Origin: Candidatus Hydrogenedentota bacterium
GTDB lineage: Bacteria > Hydrogenedentota > Hydrogenedentia > Hydrogenedentales > SLHB01
Assembly: GCA_963668025.2 (NCBI GenBank)
Contig: CAXXTH010000017.1
Location: forward strand, 928,001 to 992,000
Reading direction: 5' to 3'
Length of the DNA: 64,000 bases
Position 1 is the stretch's first letter. Each line of letters opens with the position of its first letter. Under the pieces are notes generated by a model. The model saw only the letters and a list, made by a program, of their open reading frames with translations. It ran no database searches and was not told the DNA's origin. A program made the translations under genes and the position numbers. Positions 12,309 through 21,755 of the stretch are shown here, piece after piece.

Positions 12309-12588
12309 AAACCTCCACCATGGTGGAATCCGGGAAAGGGGTCCCGAAGAGACGGCCCAACACAGCCCAGTTCCCTATTTTAACGCTATTCCCGTTTCCG
12401 GTTTTATGGCGATGTGAATTCACACGGGGCATTCTCAGAAGGCCCCTTTCGTGAAAGAAAACACAGTTCTTTGGTGTTTCCAGCTTAAATGCAAGGCATA
12501 CCGGGCCGAGTTTGGCCTGAAACCGTGGCGGCATGTACACTAAGGAGTTTCTGGTGTTGCGCCAGGCAGTGGCGGAAAGGATGTTTTC

Positions 12589-13821
12589 GTGCAACAAGCC
12601 CCGAAAGGCTTTCGGCTTCATATCGGCCTGTTTGGCCGACGCAATGTGGGCAAATCGAGCCTGTTAAATGCGATTACACGGCAGGCGGTATCCATCGTGT
12701 CCGATACGGCGGGCACGACGACCGATCCGGTCGAAAAACCGATGGAACTGCTTCCCCTCGGCCCCGTGCTCTTCATTGATACGGCGGGTGTGGACGACGA
12801 GGGGGCGCTGGGCGAATTGCGCATCCAGCGGACGCGCCAGACCTTCGACCGCACCGACCTGGCCGTCATCGTGGCCGAGGCGGGGCATTGGGGCGATTTC
12901 GAGCGCCGTTTGCTTGACGCCTTCGCGGAACGCGGCGCACCCGCGCTGGTGGTGTTCAACAAGGCGGACTTGGCCGCGCCAGACGCAGCCACGCTGGCGG
13001 AACTCGACGAGCATGATACGCCCTATGTCCGCACGGTGGCGTCGCGCGGCGAGGGCATCCTCGATTTCCGCCAGGCGTTGCTCGACCATGCGCCCGATGA
13101 ATTCGTCAACAATCCCGCCATCCTGGGCGACCTCGTAGGGCCGGGCGAGATGGCCGTGCTGGTCGTGCCCATCGACAAGGAAGCCCCGAAAGGCCGGCTC
13201 ATCATGCCGCAGGTGCAGTCCATCCGCGACTTGCTCGACAGCGACGCCTTTTGCATGGTGGTGAAGGAGCGCGAACTGCGCGAAGCGCTGGACCGCCTCA
13301 AAAAGCCGCCGAAACTGGTGGTGACGGATTCGCAAGCTTTTCTCAAGGTCGCGGCGGACACGCCGCCGTCGATCCCCATGACCAGTTTCTCGATCCTGTT
13401 CGCGAGGTTCCGGGGCGACCTCACGGCGCAAGTCGAGGCCACGCTGGCCATCGAGCGCCTGCATACGGGCGACCGCATCCTCGTGGCGGAGGCGTGCAGC
13501 CACCACCCCATCGGTGAGGATATCGGCCGGGTGAAGATCCCCCGCTGGCTCACCCAGTACGTGGGCGGCAAGCTGGAATTCGACACCGTGCAAGGGCATG
13601 ATTTTCCGGATGATGTGTCGCCCTACAAACTCGTGGTCCATTGCGGGGCGTGTACGACGAACCGGCGCGAAGTGTTGAGCCGGCTCATGCGCTGCCGCAT
13701 GGCGGGCGTGCCCATGACGAACTACGGATTAACCATCGCCTACAGCCTGGGCATCTTCGAGCGCGCCCTCGAACCGTTCCCGGCGGCCCTCGATGCGTAC
13801 CGGGCGGCGAAGGCGGTGTAG
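12589..13821 (+). CDS. hydF: [FeFe]-hydrogenase maturation GTPase HydF
   Basis: GRRNVGKSS, TTTDPV, APKGRLI, ACSHH and HCGAC cluster-binding motifs. Confidence 0.96.
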   Translation: MQQAPKGFRLHIGLFGRRNVGKSSLLNAITRQAVSIVSDTAGTTTDPVEKPMELLPLGPVLFIDTAGVDDEGALGELRIQRTRQTFDRTDLAVIVAEAGHWGDFERRLLDAFAERGAPALVVFNKADLAAPDAATLAELDEHDTPYVRTVASRGEGILDFRQALLDHAPDEFVNNPAILGDLVGPGEMAVLVVPIDKEAPKGRLIMPQVQSIRDLLDSDAFCMVVKERELREALDRLKKPPKLVVTDSQAFLKVAADTPPSIPMTSFSILFARFRGDLTAQVEATLAIERLHTGDRILVAEACSHHPIGEDIGRVKIPRWLTQYVGGKLEFDTVQGHDFPDDVSPYKLVVHCGACTTNRREVLSRLMRCRMAGVPMTNYGLTIAYSLGIFERALEPFPAALDAYRAAKAV

Positions 13822-13844
13822 ATTTTGCATTATAGAAACAAGAG

Positions 13845-13995
13845 TTTTTTGACATGATTTACAAGATAGACAAGATTCATATGATTCATTAAGCAGGATA
13901 AACAGCGCCAAGTTTTGTGTTATATATTTATGTTTTCTATTTATTATTAATCAACTCTGAAAAATCTTGTTCATCTTGTAAATCATGTCTAAAAA
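13845..13995. repeat. AT-rich miniature element with ~33-bp terminal inverted repeats
   Basis: TTTTTTGACATGATTTACAAGATAGACAAGATT ... AATCTTGTTCATCTTGTAAATCATGTCTAAAAA; second family member at 32851-33012. Confidence 0.75.
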
Positions 13996-14046
13996 GTAAA
14001 ACACCGGATGTAATATGTAACCTGCTATTTTGTTTTAAGGATCAAT

Positions 14047-15099
14047 ATGGACAAAACAGAAATACTCCAATGGCTGCGTGAGGAAAACGAATCCCGCCTC
14101 AAAGAGTTGTGGCGCATGGCCGATGCGGCGCGCCGCGAGCACGTGGGCGACGCGGTGCACCTGCGCGGGCTGATCGAGATATCAAACTACTGCTGCCGCG
14201 AATGCGGGTATTGCGGCCTGCGCGCGGGCAACCGGGGCGTCGAACGATACCGCATGGGCGAAGACGAGATCGTGGAGTGCGCGCATCAAGCGAAACACTA
14301 CGGATACGGCACGGTGGTCATGCAGTCGGGTGAGGATTACGGCATCGAGTGCGCATGGATGGTGGGCGTGATCCGGCGGATCAAATCCGAGACCGGCCTG
14401 GCCGTCACGCTGAGCTTGGGCGAACGTTCCGATGAGGAACTCGATACGTGGCGCGCGGCGGGAGCGAACCGTTATCTGCTGCGTTTCGAGACTTCGGACC
14501 CGGAGCTGTTCCGCCTGATCCACCCCTCGCTGCCCCATCGCCCAGCGTCGGACCGCATCGCCATGTTGCGCCGCCTGAAGGCCTTTGGTTACGAGGCGGG
14601 CAGCGGCGTCATGATCGGCATTCCCGGCCAGACCTATGACAGCCTGGCGAATGACATCCAGATGTTCCAGACGCTCGATCTCGATATGATCGGCGTCGGC
14701 CCCTATATCTCCCATCCCGCCACGCCCCTGGGCGCGGGTGATATCCCGCGTGCGCCCGAGGATGAGCAGGTTCCCAATACGGAGCTGATGACCTATAAAG
14801 TCGTGGCCCTCACGCGCCTGGCCTGCCCCGAGGCCAACATACCGAGCACGACGGCCCTAGCCACGCTCAATAAGGAATCGGGGCGGGAACTGGGCCTTCA
14901 ACGAGGCGCGAATGTGGTGATGCCCAACCTGACTCCTGTACAATATCGCGATAAGTACGAAATCTATCCAGCGAAGGTATGCATCCACGAGACGTCAGGG
15001 CAATGCCGTTCCTGCATGCAGGCGCGGATCGTCTCGATTGGCCGGGTGGTGGGCGAAGGGCCAGGTGGGCGCATAAGCCATAGCGACGCCTCGCGTTAG
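14047..15099 (+). CDS. hydE: [FeFe]-hydrogenase maturation radical SAM HydE
   Basis: RGLIEISNYCCRECGYC, LRFETSD, MIGVGPYISHPATP, GANVVMPNLTP. Confidence 0.95.
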   Translation: MDKTEILQWLREENESRLKELWRMADAARREHVGDAVHLRGLIEISNYCCRECGYCGLRAGNRGVERYRMGEDEIVECAHQAKHYGYGTVVMQSGEDYGIECAWMVGVIRRIKSETGLAVTLSLGERSDEELDTWRAAGANRYLLRFETSDPELFRLIHPSLPHRPASDRIAMLRRLKAFGYEAGSGVMIGIPGQTYDSLANDIQMFQTLDLDMIGVGPYISHPATPLGAGDIPRAPEDEQVPNTELMTYKVVALTRLACPEANIPSTTALATLNKESGRELGLQRGANVVMPNLTPVQYRDKYEIYPAKVCIHETSGQCRSCMQARIVSIGRVVGEGPGGRISHSDASR

Positions 15100-15122
15100 G
15101 CTTGAGAGGGGGAAACAGCATT

Positions 15123-15803
15123 ATGATGGAACATAAGGATGAACGGCTTCTCAAGCATGCCTTGCTCGAGCGCCTCATGCATTATCATTACATCGTCGGA
15201 GAGAAGCACAAACCCAATGCGCCCGGCGAACCGGCTAACGAAACGATATCGAGCGCCGAAATCGCCAAATATCTCACCATGGACGACACGCTTGTCCGCA
15301 AAGACCTTGCGGCCATCGGCGTCCGGGGATATCCCCGCGTGGGATTCAAATCGGCGGAGGTGCTTAAAGCCATTCGGGAGGTGCTGGGATTCGACGACGA
15401 GTTTCGTTCCGCGATCATCGGCGCGGGGCGCATGGGCGGGGCGCTGGCGTCTTACCGCAATTTCGCCCGGTATGGCCTCGCCATTATGGCCGCTTTTGAT
15501 AACGATCCCGCCAAACATGGAACGTATCTCGGCCAGATTGAGGTGCAGCCCATGGAATGTCTGGAGGAAGTGCTCGAGAGTTTACATATCCGCCTGGCGA
15601 TTCTCACCGTGCCCGCAGGCCCTGCGCAAGCCATCACGGACCGCCTGGTGCGGGCCGGTATTCGCGCCATCTGGAATTTCGCCCCCGACACCCTCGCCGT
15701 TCCCGACGGCGTGACCGTCCGGCACGAGCATATCAGCGTGGGCCTGGCGGAACTGGCCTATCACCTCAAACAATCCGGCGCTGGCCGCAGCGAGGAGGAA
15801 TGA
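15123..15803 (+). CDS. rex: Redox-sensing transcriptional repressor Rex
   Basis: ISSAEIA...VRKDL winged HTH, IIGAGRMGGAL, IWNFAP. Confidence 0.92.
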   Translation: MMEHKDERLLKHALLERLMHYHYIVGEKHKPNAPGEPANETISSAEIAKYLTMDDTLVRKDLAAIGVRGYPRVGFKSAEVLKAIREVLGFDDEFRSAIIGAGRMGGALASYRNFARYGLAIMAAFDNDPAKHGTYLGQIEVQPMECLEEVLESLHIRLAILTVPAGPAQAITDRLVRAGIRAIWNFAPDTLAVPDGVTVRHEHISVGLAELAYHLKQSGAGRSEEE

Positions 15804-15810
15804 GGATTCT

Positions 15811-16445
15811 GGACCACGAAATACACTAAATACACTAAAATCTGTAGGGTGGGGCTTGCCCCACCGCTCAAGGAATACCTCTGTGGACTGGATGTAACTA
15901 TCTAATGCAAATTAGCTTCCAAAGAGAATCCTTGTGAGAGAACAACTTTTTGGCAAATAGTAGTACGGAGCAGCATACACGTAGCCAAACAGGGGGCTTT
16001 ATTAAATTATCTATTTAACATAAATAGCTTGGAATAGGCATATGTAGACATATCGAGGTATAGGTATGATCACTTATTACAAAATAAGGTATATTGCCTG
16101 GAAACTGCTCTATGAGGCTGTTATAGGTGCTTTCTGGGGAACTATTGGAGGATCGTCCATCATGATACCGCACGACGTGTTGGGGCTCAATTGGTTTTTA
16201 TCACTGATAATAAGCATCTTTTCTTTTACGCTTGTTGTTCTATTCCTCGTCCTTATCAAACATATCATTGATAGAGCAAAAGAACGAAGAGCCACCAGCT
16301 AGTCATTTTCGTAGTACTATCTGGCAAAACGTCGTTTCCTTGTGAAGATTTTGCATAGAACTCAAATTCTATCAAATAGTGGGGCGCACCGCCCTGATCG
16401 GTGGGGCAAGCCCCACCCTACATATGTTGGTGTATTTAGTGGTCC
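15811..16445. repeat. Nested inverted repeats enclosing AT-rich cargo
   Basis: Perfect 24-bp IR TGTAGGGTGGGGCTTGCCCCACCG at 15843-15866 / 16399-16422 lies inside an imperfect IR GGACCACGAAATACACTAAA at 15811-15830 / 16426-16445. Confidence 0.8.
16066..16302 (+). CDS. Small AT-rich two-TM membrane protein
   Basis: GAGG RBS; 78 aa hydrophobic ORF in low-GC DNA. Confidence 0.5.
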   Translation: MITYYKIRYIAWKLLYEAVIGAFWGTIGGSSIMIPHDVLGLNWFLSLIISIFSFTLVVLFLVLIKHIIDRAKERRATS

Positions 16446-17530
16446 GAAACCGTTTCTTCGAGCATATTCATGTGGCAGCGCAAGAGTTTGCCAGTCCGTT
16501 CGTCCCGCAGATGAAGCCCGTTGCCTTCGCACCATGTCCAGGAAGGACAGTCCGCGCACTCTTCCGTACGCGCCCACGAGCGGTCGCGCATGTTGGCGAA
16601 CCGGTTATTCCAGCAATCGAGGAAACTGTCTTTATAGATGTTCCCTTGGATGTAATCGCCACGCAAGCTCGGGCACGCGCTGATCGAGCCGTCGGCCAAT
16701 ACGGAGCCGATGCATATCCCCGCACGGCACCAGAAATATCCATTGCGCACTTCCCCCTCGAAGGGGCCTAGGAAGCCTTCGCAGCCGTAACTGGCCTTAA
16801 TCTGTTTTTCGTTGCGCGCCGTGCGGATGAATTCGAGGAGCGATTCCAATTGGCGGCCCGAGACATCAAGAAGCGCATTGTCCTCGGCGCGGCCTTTCGG
16901 GAAAATCGTGAACAAGCGCCATTGCCGGACGCCCCGGCTGATGAGCAAGTCGCGCACGGTTTCGAGTTCATCGAAATTGCGCTGGTTCACGCAGGTCACC
17001 ACGTCGAAGGCCATATCTTCCGCTTTTGCGGCAATCGTGATGGCTTCGAGCGCGCGGGCATAGGAATCGGGGCGGCCCCGCAGCCAGTTATGGCTTTCTT
17101 CGAGGCCATCGAGGCTGATGGTGAGCGAGCGCAGCCCACTTCGGCGCAATCCATTGAATCGCTCCGCCGTGAGGTGGTAGCCGTTCGAGACCATGCCCCA
17201 GGGGAATCCACGTTCGAGGAAGGCCGCGCCGCACGCCTCGAGATCGTCGCGCATGAGCGGCTCGCCGCCCGTCAGGGCCAGCATGACCCGTTCCGGGCGG
17301 CATTGTGTTTTCACTTCATCGAGCACGCGCAGGAAATCCGCAAGCGGCATATCCCGCACCACGCTGTCGCGGTGGCAATCGCTGCCGCAGTGGCGGCAGC
17401 CCAGATTGCAACGCAACGTGCACTCCCAAAACAAATACGTCAGGTCATGCAGCGCCGCTTGAACATGACGATACCGCGCGAACACCCCGAGCGTCATGCG
17501 TTTTTTAAAGCCGGGCCGTGTGTCTTTCAT
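16436..17530 (-). CDS. Radical SAM/SPASM enzyme (TIGR04133-like rSAM/lipoprotein system)
   Basis: CTLRCNLGCRHC, ALTGGEP, SPASM CRAG...ISACPS...CADC....WCEGNGLHLRD. Confidence 0.88.
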   Translation of the reverse strand: MKDTRPGFKKRMTLGVFARYRHVQAALHDLTYLFWECTLRCNLGCRHCGSDCHRDSVVRDMPLADFLRVLDEVKTQCRPERVMLALTGGEPLMRDDLEACGAAFLERGFPWGMVSNGYHLTAERFNGLRRSGLRSLTISLDGLEESHNWLRGRPDSYARALEAITIAAKAEDMAFDVVTCVNQRNFDELETVRDLLISRGVRQWRLFTIFPKGRAEDNALLDVSGRQLESLLEFIRTARNEKQIKASYGCEGFLGPFEGEVRNGYFWCRAGICIGSVLADGSISACPSLRGDYIQGNIYKDSFLDCWNNRFANMRDRSWARTEECADCPSWTWCEGNGLHLRDERTGKLLRCHMNMLEETVSDH

Positions 17531-17781
17531 TTCTTAGGCAGTTCAATGCCTTGCCGTACGGCGTCCGCGACTGGAGGCGCTGGCTGCTCGATTGTGATTT
17601 TCGCTTCCGGCACGCCGTATAAAGGCTCGACGCCATATTCGGGCGCGGGGCCATACATGACCGTGCATGGGCAGCCGGCCAACGCCAGCCCCATCACACC
17701 CAGTAAAAGCGACAACACAACACTTCGCCCCCGCAACCCCATCCGGCGCAGCCAATGGGCTGCTTGTTTTGCTTGCGCCAT
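17527..17781 (-). CDS. rSAM-associated small lipoprotein with repeated XYG motifs
   Basis: GGAGG RBS; lipobox LAGC followed by MYGPAP-EYGVEP-LYGVP; stop overlaps the rSAM start (ATGA). Confidence 0.8.
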   Translation of the reverse strand: MAQAKQAAHWLRRMGLRGRSVVLSLLLGVMGLALAGCPCTVMYGPAPEYGVEPLYGVPEAKITIEQPAPPVADAVRQGIELPKK

Positions 17782-18425
17782 TTCGTTGTCCTCCCTTAAT
17801 CGTACCTACTTACCAATGTATACAGTATGCATTATGTTTTGTTTCGTGTAAACAGAAAATTCAAATAATTTCCCAAATAGTATTGAATTCGCATAATCGC
17901 GATGCATGCGCTTTTGCCAATCCATGGACCACTTAAGCAAGGAATTCAGCCTGCAAGCTGATTCATCCAGAATGTTACGCCATGTTCCTTGGGCATATGT
18001 TTCGTAAACGCCTTTCGTTCTCCGTGGCTCCCCGTGTCCCCGTGGTTAAGAAGCTTCTTTGAATAGGATTGCCACTACCTGCATGCTATCCCTAGTTCTT
18101 CAACACACATAAATTCTCACGAAAACCCTCATAATGCTGTTTTCTTGCGAAGATTCCGGTGTAAATCAAATCACATTAGATAGTTGCATGTCTCGGCTCT
18201 TTACATGGTGTTTTGTTTGAGCCTTACTCATCACATGGGCGAGACACCCATGCTACGGGTGTTAAAACAGGGAGAAAATTCATTGGTGTCCATTGGTGGT
18301 TCAAAATAAACGTCCCGGCTTGATTGCCGCCGCGCCTCTTGTGTACCCGGTCTTGGCATGAAATCCTGTTAAAAAATACACGGCGTGCTATAATCGCACG
18401 GCCATTAAGGATGAGAAGTATTGAT

Positions 18426-19769
18426 ATGGCGCAAGCAGCGGCACATCGGACATCGCAAGGGAAACAGGGCGCGCTCACCCTCGGCAATCTGGCATGGTTT
18501 GCCGTAGCAGTGTGTGCGGTCGCCGTGGCGTTTCTCGTGCGCAGCCCGTATATGGCGTATATGCTATACGCCTTCTTGCTGCTGGTTGTATTGTCCCATA
18601 TCACCTCCCGCGCCTGGCTTTCAGGACTCGACTGCACGCGCACGCTCAGCGCGGATACGGTGCGCCAAGGTGAGGAGGTCGAGATCGAGACGACGATCAC
18701 CAACCGACGGGGCTGGCCCATTCCGTGGATTTTCTTCGAGGACCATATCCCGGAAGGCTTCCCGCTGCGGGGCGACAACCTGCGCCTGGCGATTCTCATG
18801 CCGGGACGTTCGGTCACGCTGCGCTACGCTTTACGCTGTACGCGCCGGGGCTACCACCGCGTCGGGCCGCTCTTGATGGAATCAGGCGACCTGTTCGGCC
18901 TGCAAAAACGCTTCCGCACGGGTGTGCGCCAGGACTACGTGTCGGTGCTGCCCACGGTGGCGTATATCGACACGTTCAACATCAGCGCCCGGCGGCCCCA
19001 GGGGCCGGTGCGCATCAGCAACCGGGTATATGAAGACCCCACGCGCATCACCGGCGTGCGGGAATATGTCCCCGGCGATCCCATGAACCGCATTCACTGG
19101 AAAGTGTCAGCGCGGGCGGGCGAATTGTATGTGCGGCAGTATGAACCATCGAGCGTGCTGGGCGCGACGCTTGTGCTTGATCTCTTCACGCCGTGGTACC
19201 AGGGAGAGGATGGCCCCAGCCGCATGGAGCTGGCCATTACCACGGCGGCCTCGGTGGCTTATCTCCTCCAAATGTCGGGCGAGCAAGTGGGCCTCCTGAC
19301 GAACGCCCGCGACGCCGCCGAAGTGGCGCGCTATGAAGTCGAGTCATCGGACACCCTCAGCCGCCAGGAGGCTGACGCGGGTATGGCGGGCGAAGCCGGT
19401 AGTGATCGCCTCAATCCGCTTGAAGTGCCCACGCGCCGCTCGCCCATCCAGGCGCGGATGATCATCGAGAACCTGGCGCGCGTGCTGCCCTCGGACGGGC
19501 TGGATGCGGGGCGGCTGCTGATGTCCGCCTTCCGGCGTTTGCCGCGTGACGCCGCCTTATTGCCCATCGTGCCCACGGTGACGGAGGATTTCGCACTCGC
19601 GCTGGGCGCACTAAAGCTATCTGGATTCGCGGTGACGGTTTTTCTCATCGCCAACGCCGCGCAACACATGAAAGTGGCGGACCTATTGGCCGCCCAGGAA
19701 ATCAACCTGATTCATATCGAACACGAGCGGAATTTGCATGAATTCTCACCCGCCCAAATCGGACGATGA
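18426..19769 (+). CDS. DUF58 (VWA-like, MoxR-associated) protein
   Basis: GVREYVPGDPMNRIHWKVSAR, ELAITTAASVA; N-terminal TM segments. Confidence 0.88.
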   Translation: MAQAAAHRTSQGKQGALTLGNLAWFAVAVCAVAVAFLVRSPYMAYMLYAFLLLVVLSHITSRAWLSGLDCTRTLSADTVRQGEEVEIETTITNRRGWPIPWIFFEDHIPEGFPLRGDNLRLAILMPGRSVTLRYALRCTRRGYHRVGPLLMESGDLFGLQKRFRTGVRQDYVSVLPTVAYIDTFNISARRPQGPVRISNRVYEDPTRITGVREYVPGDPMNRIHWKVSARAGELYVRQYEPSSVLGATLVLDLFTPWYQGEDGPSRMELAITTAASVAYLLQMSGEQVGLLTNARDAAEVARYEVESSDTLSRQEADAGMAGEAGSDRLNPLEVPTRRSPIQARMIIENLARVLPSDGLDAGRLLMSAFRRLPRDAALLPIVPTVTEDFALALGALKLSGFAVTVFLIANAAQHMKVADLLAAQEINLIHIEHERNLHEFSPAQIGR

Positions 19770-21729
19770 TGCATCGAAGAACACCGCCAGCGGCGCGCCC
19801 GTCCCGCCGGATGCCTGGAGCATGCCTGAAGATGATCCGGGCGAGTTCGATGAGTTGATTTGGCCCGGCATCAGCAGGCAAAAGAAAAAAACTGCGCCTG
19901 CGCCCATGCCGCCCGCCTCTTTGCCTGCCGCGCCGAAACCGGTATTTGATGAACTGCCTGTGTTCGACTCCCTTGAAGCGGAGCCGCCCGCGCCAAAACC
20001 ATCCGCGCAACAGCCCGCGCCCGTGGAAGCCACGGATTTCTTTTCATTGCTCGCGGCGGAATCGGCCCTTGAACACACTCCTGAACACCAAGAAGACACC
20101 AGCTTCGAGGCCTTGCGCAAAGATGCGGTATTGGGCCAGCAGCGGAAGTTTTATCACCGTACGCTGAGCGACTACCTGATCGAGTCGTCTACGCCCATTC
20201 TTATTTTCCTGATGGTCCTATCCGTGGTCGAATTTTTGCTCGAGGTGCGTTTCGTATACACCGAGAAACACGCCATGAACATCCAAATCGTGGCGTTCTT
20301 CTTTTTCATGGGCGTCGTGGCGCTCAACCGGCTCATCGCCCGCGATGGCGTAGACGAATCTCTGCTCTACATCCTCGCGCTGGGCGGCGCATCCATCCTG
20401 TATACGACGGGCTTGCAGGCGTATGGAGCAGGTTCTCTCGGCGGCGCATTCCTGGAAGGCCCTTGGGCGGTTGTATTCAACATGATACTGGTGTTTTTCA
20501 TGTGGGTGCTCACGAGCCGTCTGACACATGAGTGCTGCGTGGATTCCCACCCGGAAGCGGGGGATATCGGCATTCTGACCGGCACGGCGCGCCGTTTGAG
20601 CGAAGCCCTGGCGCCCCGCGAAAAGCCGCCCGCGCCGGTGAAGCCGCGCACGGTATTCCACGGCCTCGTGGACGAATATGTCCCCATGGACCCCGGCGAA
20701 TGGAAGCCGCCGGAGAAAAAGAAAGCCCCGCCGGTCGCCGCCGCTAATAAACGCCTGGGCAGCCGCCATCCAGGCATCTCGATTCTGCTGTTCAGCGTGC
20801 CAGTCATGTTTGTGTTCGCCGTGGGCCATCGCGTCGTGCAGCACGGCGGCGAAGGCATGTTGCGGCGCACGAATGCGTATGTGCTGGCATATACTGCGGT
20901 GGCTTTGTCGCTGCTCATGCTCACGAGCCTGGGCAAACTCCGCGAATACTTCCGCGTGCGGCGCACTAAAATCCCAAACGCCCTATCCATTTTCTGGATC
21001 GGACTCGGGGCGTTCATGGTGGCGCTGGTGTTGTTCGGGGCGGCTGCGCTGCCCCATCCCGATGCGCCGCCTCTGGCCCATGTGGCCAAGCATGAATACG
21101 ACCCTTGGAATCCCGGCTCCACCTTCCAGCTCCGCAATGAGCTGGTCTCGAAAGAAAAACAGGCCATGCAAAACGCTTTTGCCCGGCGCGTGGGGCAAGT
21201 GGTGCTCGGTATGCTGGGGCTTTTTATACTTTATGGCTTGCTGCGCGCGGCGTCCGCCGGAGCATTCGCACTCGCGCGCCGGCGGGATATTCTGCCTGGC
21301 TTTTTAGCCCGTTTTTTTGTCCACCTGGATCGGGGGCTCCAGCGGCTGTCGAATTTGCCTCGTTTGCCCCAATGGCGCAAGCAGGTCCGTGTTCGTCCTG
21401 AGGTGGCTTCATGCAGTATTTACCGCAATCCTTTAAGCGATCCTCGCGCGGCAAGCATGGGCATCAACGGCCAAGTGGAATACGCCTATGCGGCCCTGTG
21501 CGCCCTCGCGCTCGATCTGGGCCATCCCAAAGAACCGGGCCAAACGCCGTACGAATTTCTCGATCAATTCCCCCAGGCGCTCGATCGCTTGCGCGAGGAA
21601 GCCACGGATCTGACCCATTTGCTGGTTCAATCGATATATGCAGGCGTGCGCTTGGATGAAAAAGCCGCCGACCGCCTGCGGCGTTTCTGGCTTTCCTACG
21701 AACGCGTCCGCAACCGCATCGTGCGGTGA
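19738..21729 (+). CDS. Multi-TM protein with C-terminal DUF4129-like domain
   Basis: Acidic/Pro-rich N-terminus, many TMs, C-terminal GQTPYEF...LT..L...Y. Confidence 0.7.
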   Translation: MNSHPPKSDDDASKNTASGAPVPPDAWSMPEDDPGEFDELIWPGISRQKKKTAPAPMPPASLPAAPKPVFDELPVFDSLEAEPPAPKPSAQQPAPVEATDFFSLLAAESALEHTPEHQEDTSFEALRKDAVLGQQRKFYHRTLSDYLIESSTPILIFLMVLSVVEFLLEVRFVYTEKHAMNIQIVAFFFFMGVVALNRLIARDGVDESLLYILALGGASILYTTGLQAYGAGSLGGAFLEGPWAVVFNMILVFFMWVLTSRLTHECCVDSHPEAGDIGILTGTARRLSEALAPREKPPAPVKPRTVFHGLVDEYVPMDPGEWKPPEKKKAPPVAAANKRLGSRHPGISILLFSVPVMFVFAVGHRVVQHGGEGMLRRTNAYVLAYTAVALSLLMLTSLGKLREYFRVRRTKIPNALSIFWIGLGAFMVALVLFGAAALPHPDAPPLAHVAKHEYDPWNPGSTFQLRNELVSKEKQAMQNAFARRVGQVVLGMLGLFILYGLLRAASAGAFALARRRDILPGFLARFFVHLDRGLQRLSNLPRLPQWRKQVRVRPEVASCSIYRNPLSDPRAASMGINGQVEYAYAALCALALDLGHPKEPGQTPYEFLDQFPQALDRLREEATDLTHLLVQSIYAGVRLDEKAADRLRRFWLSYERVRNRIVR

Positions 21730-21755
21730 AACGAGGCTTCGTAGGATCGGCGGGA

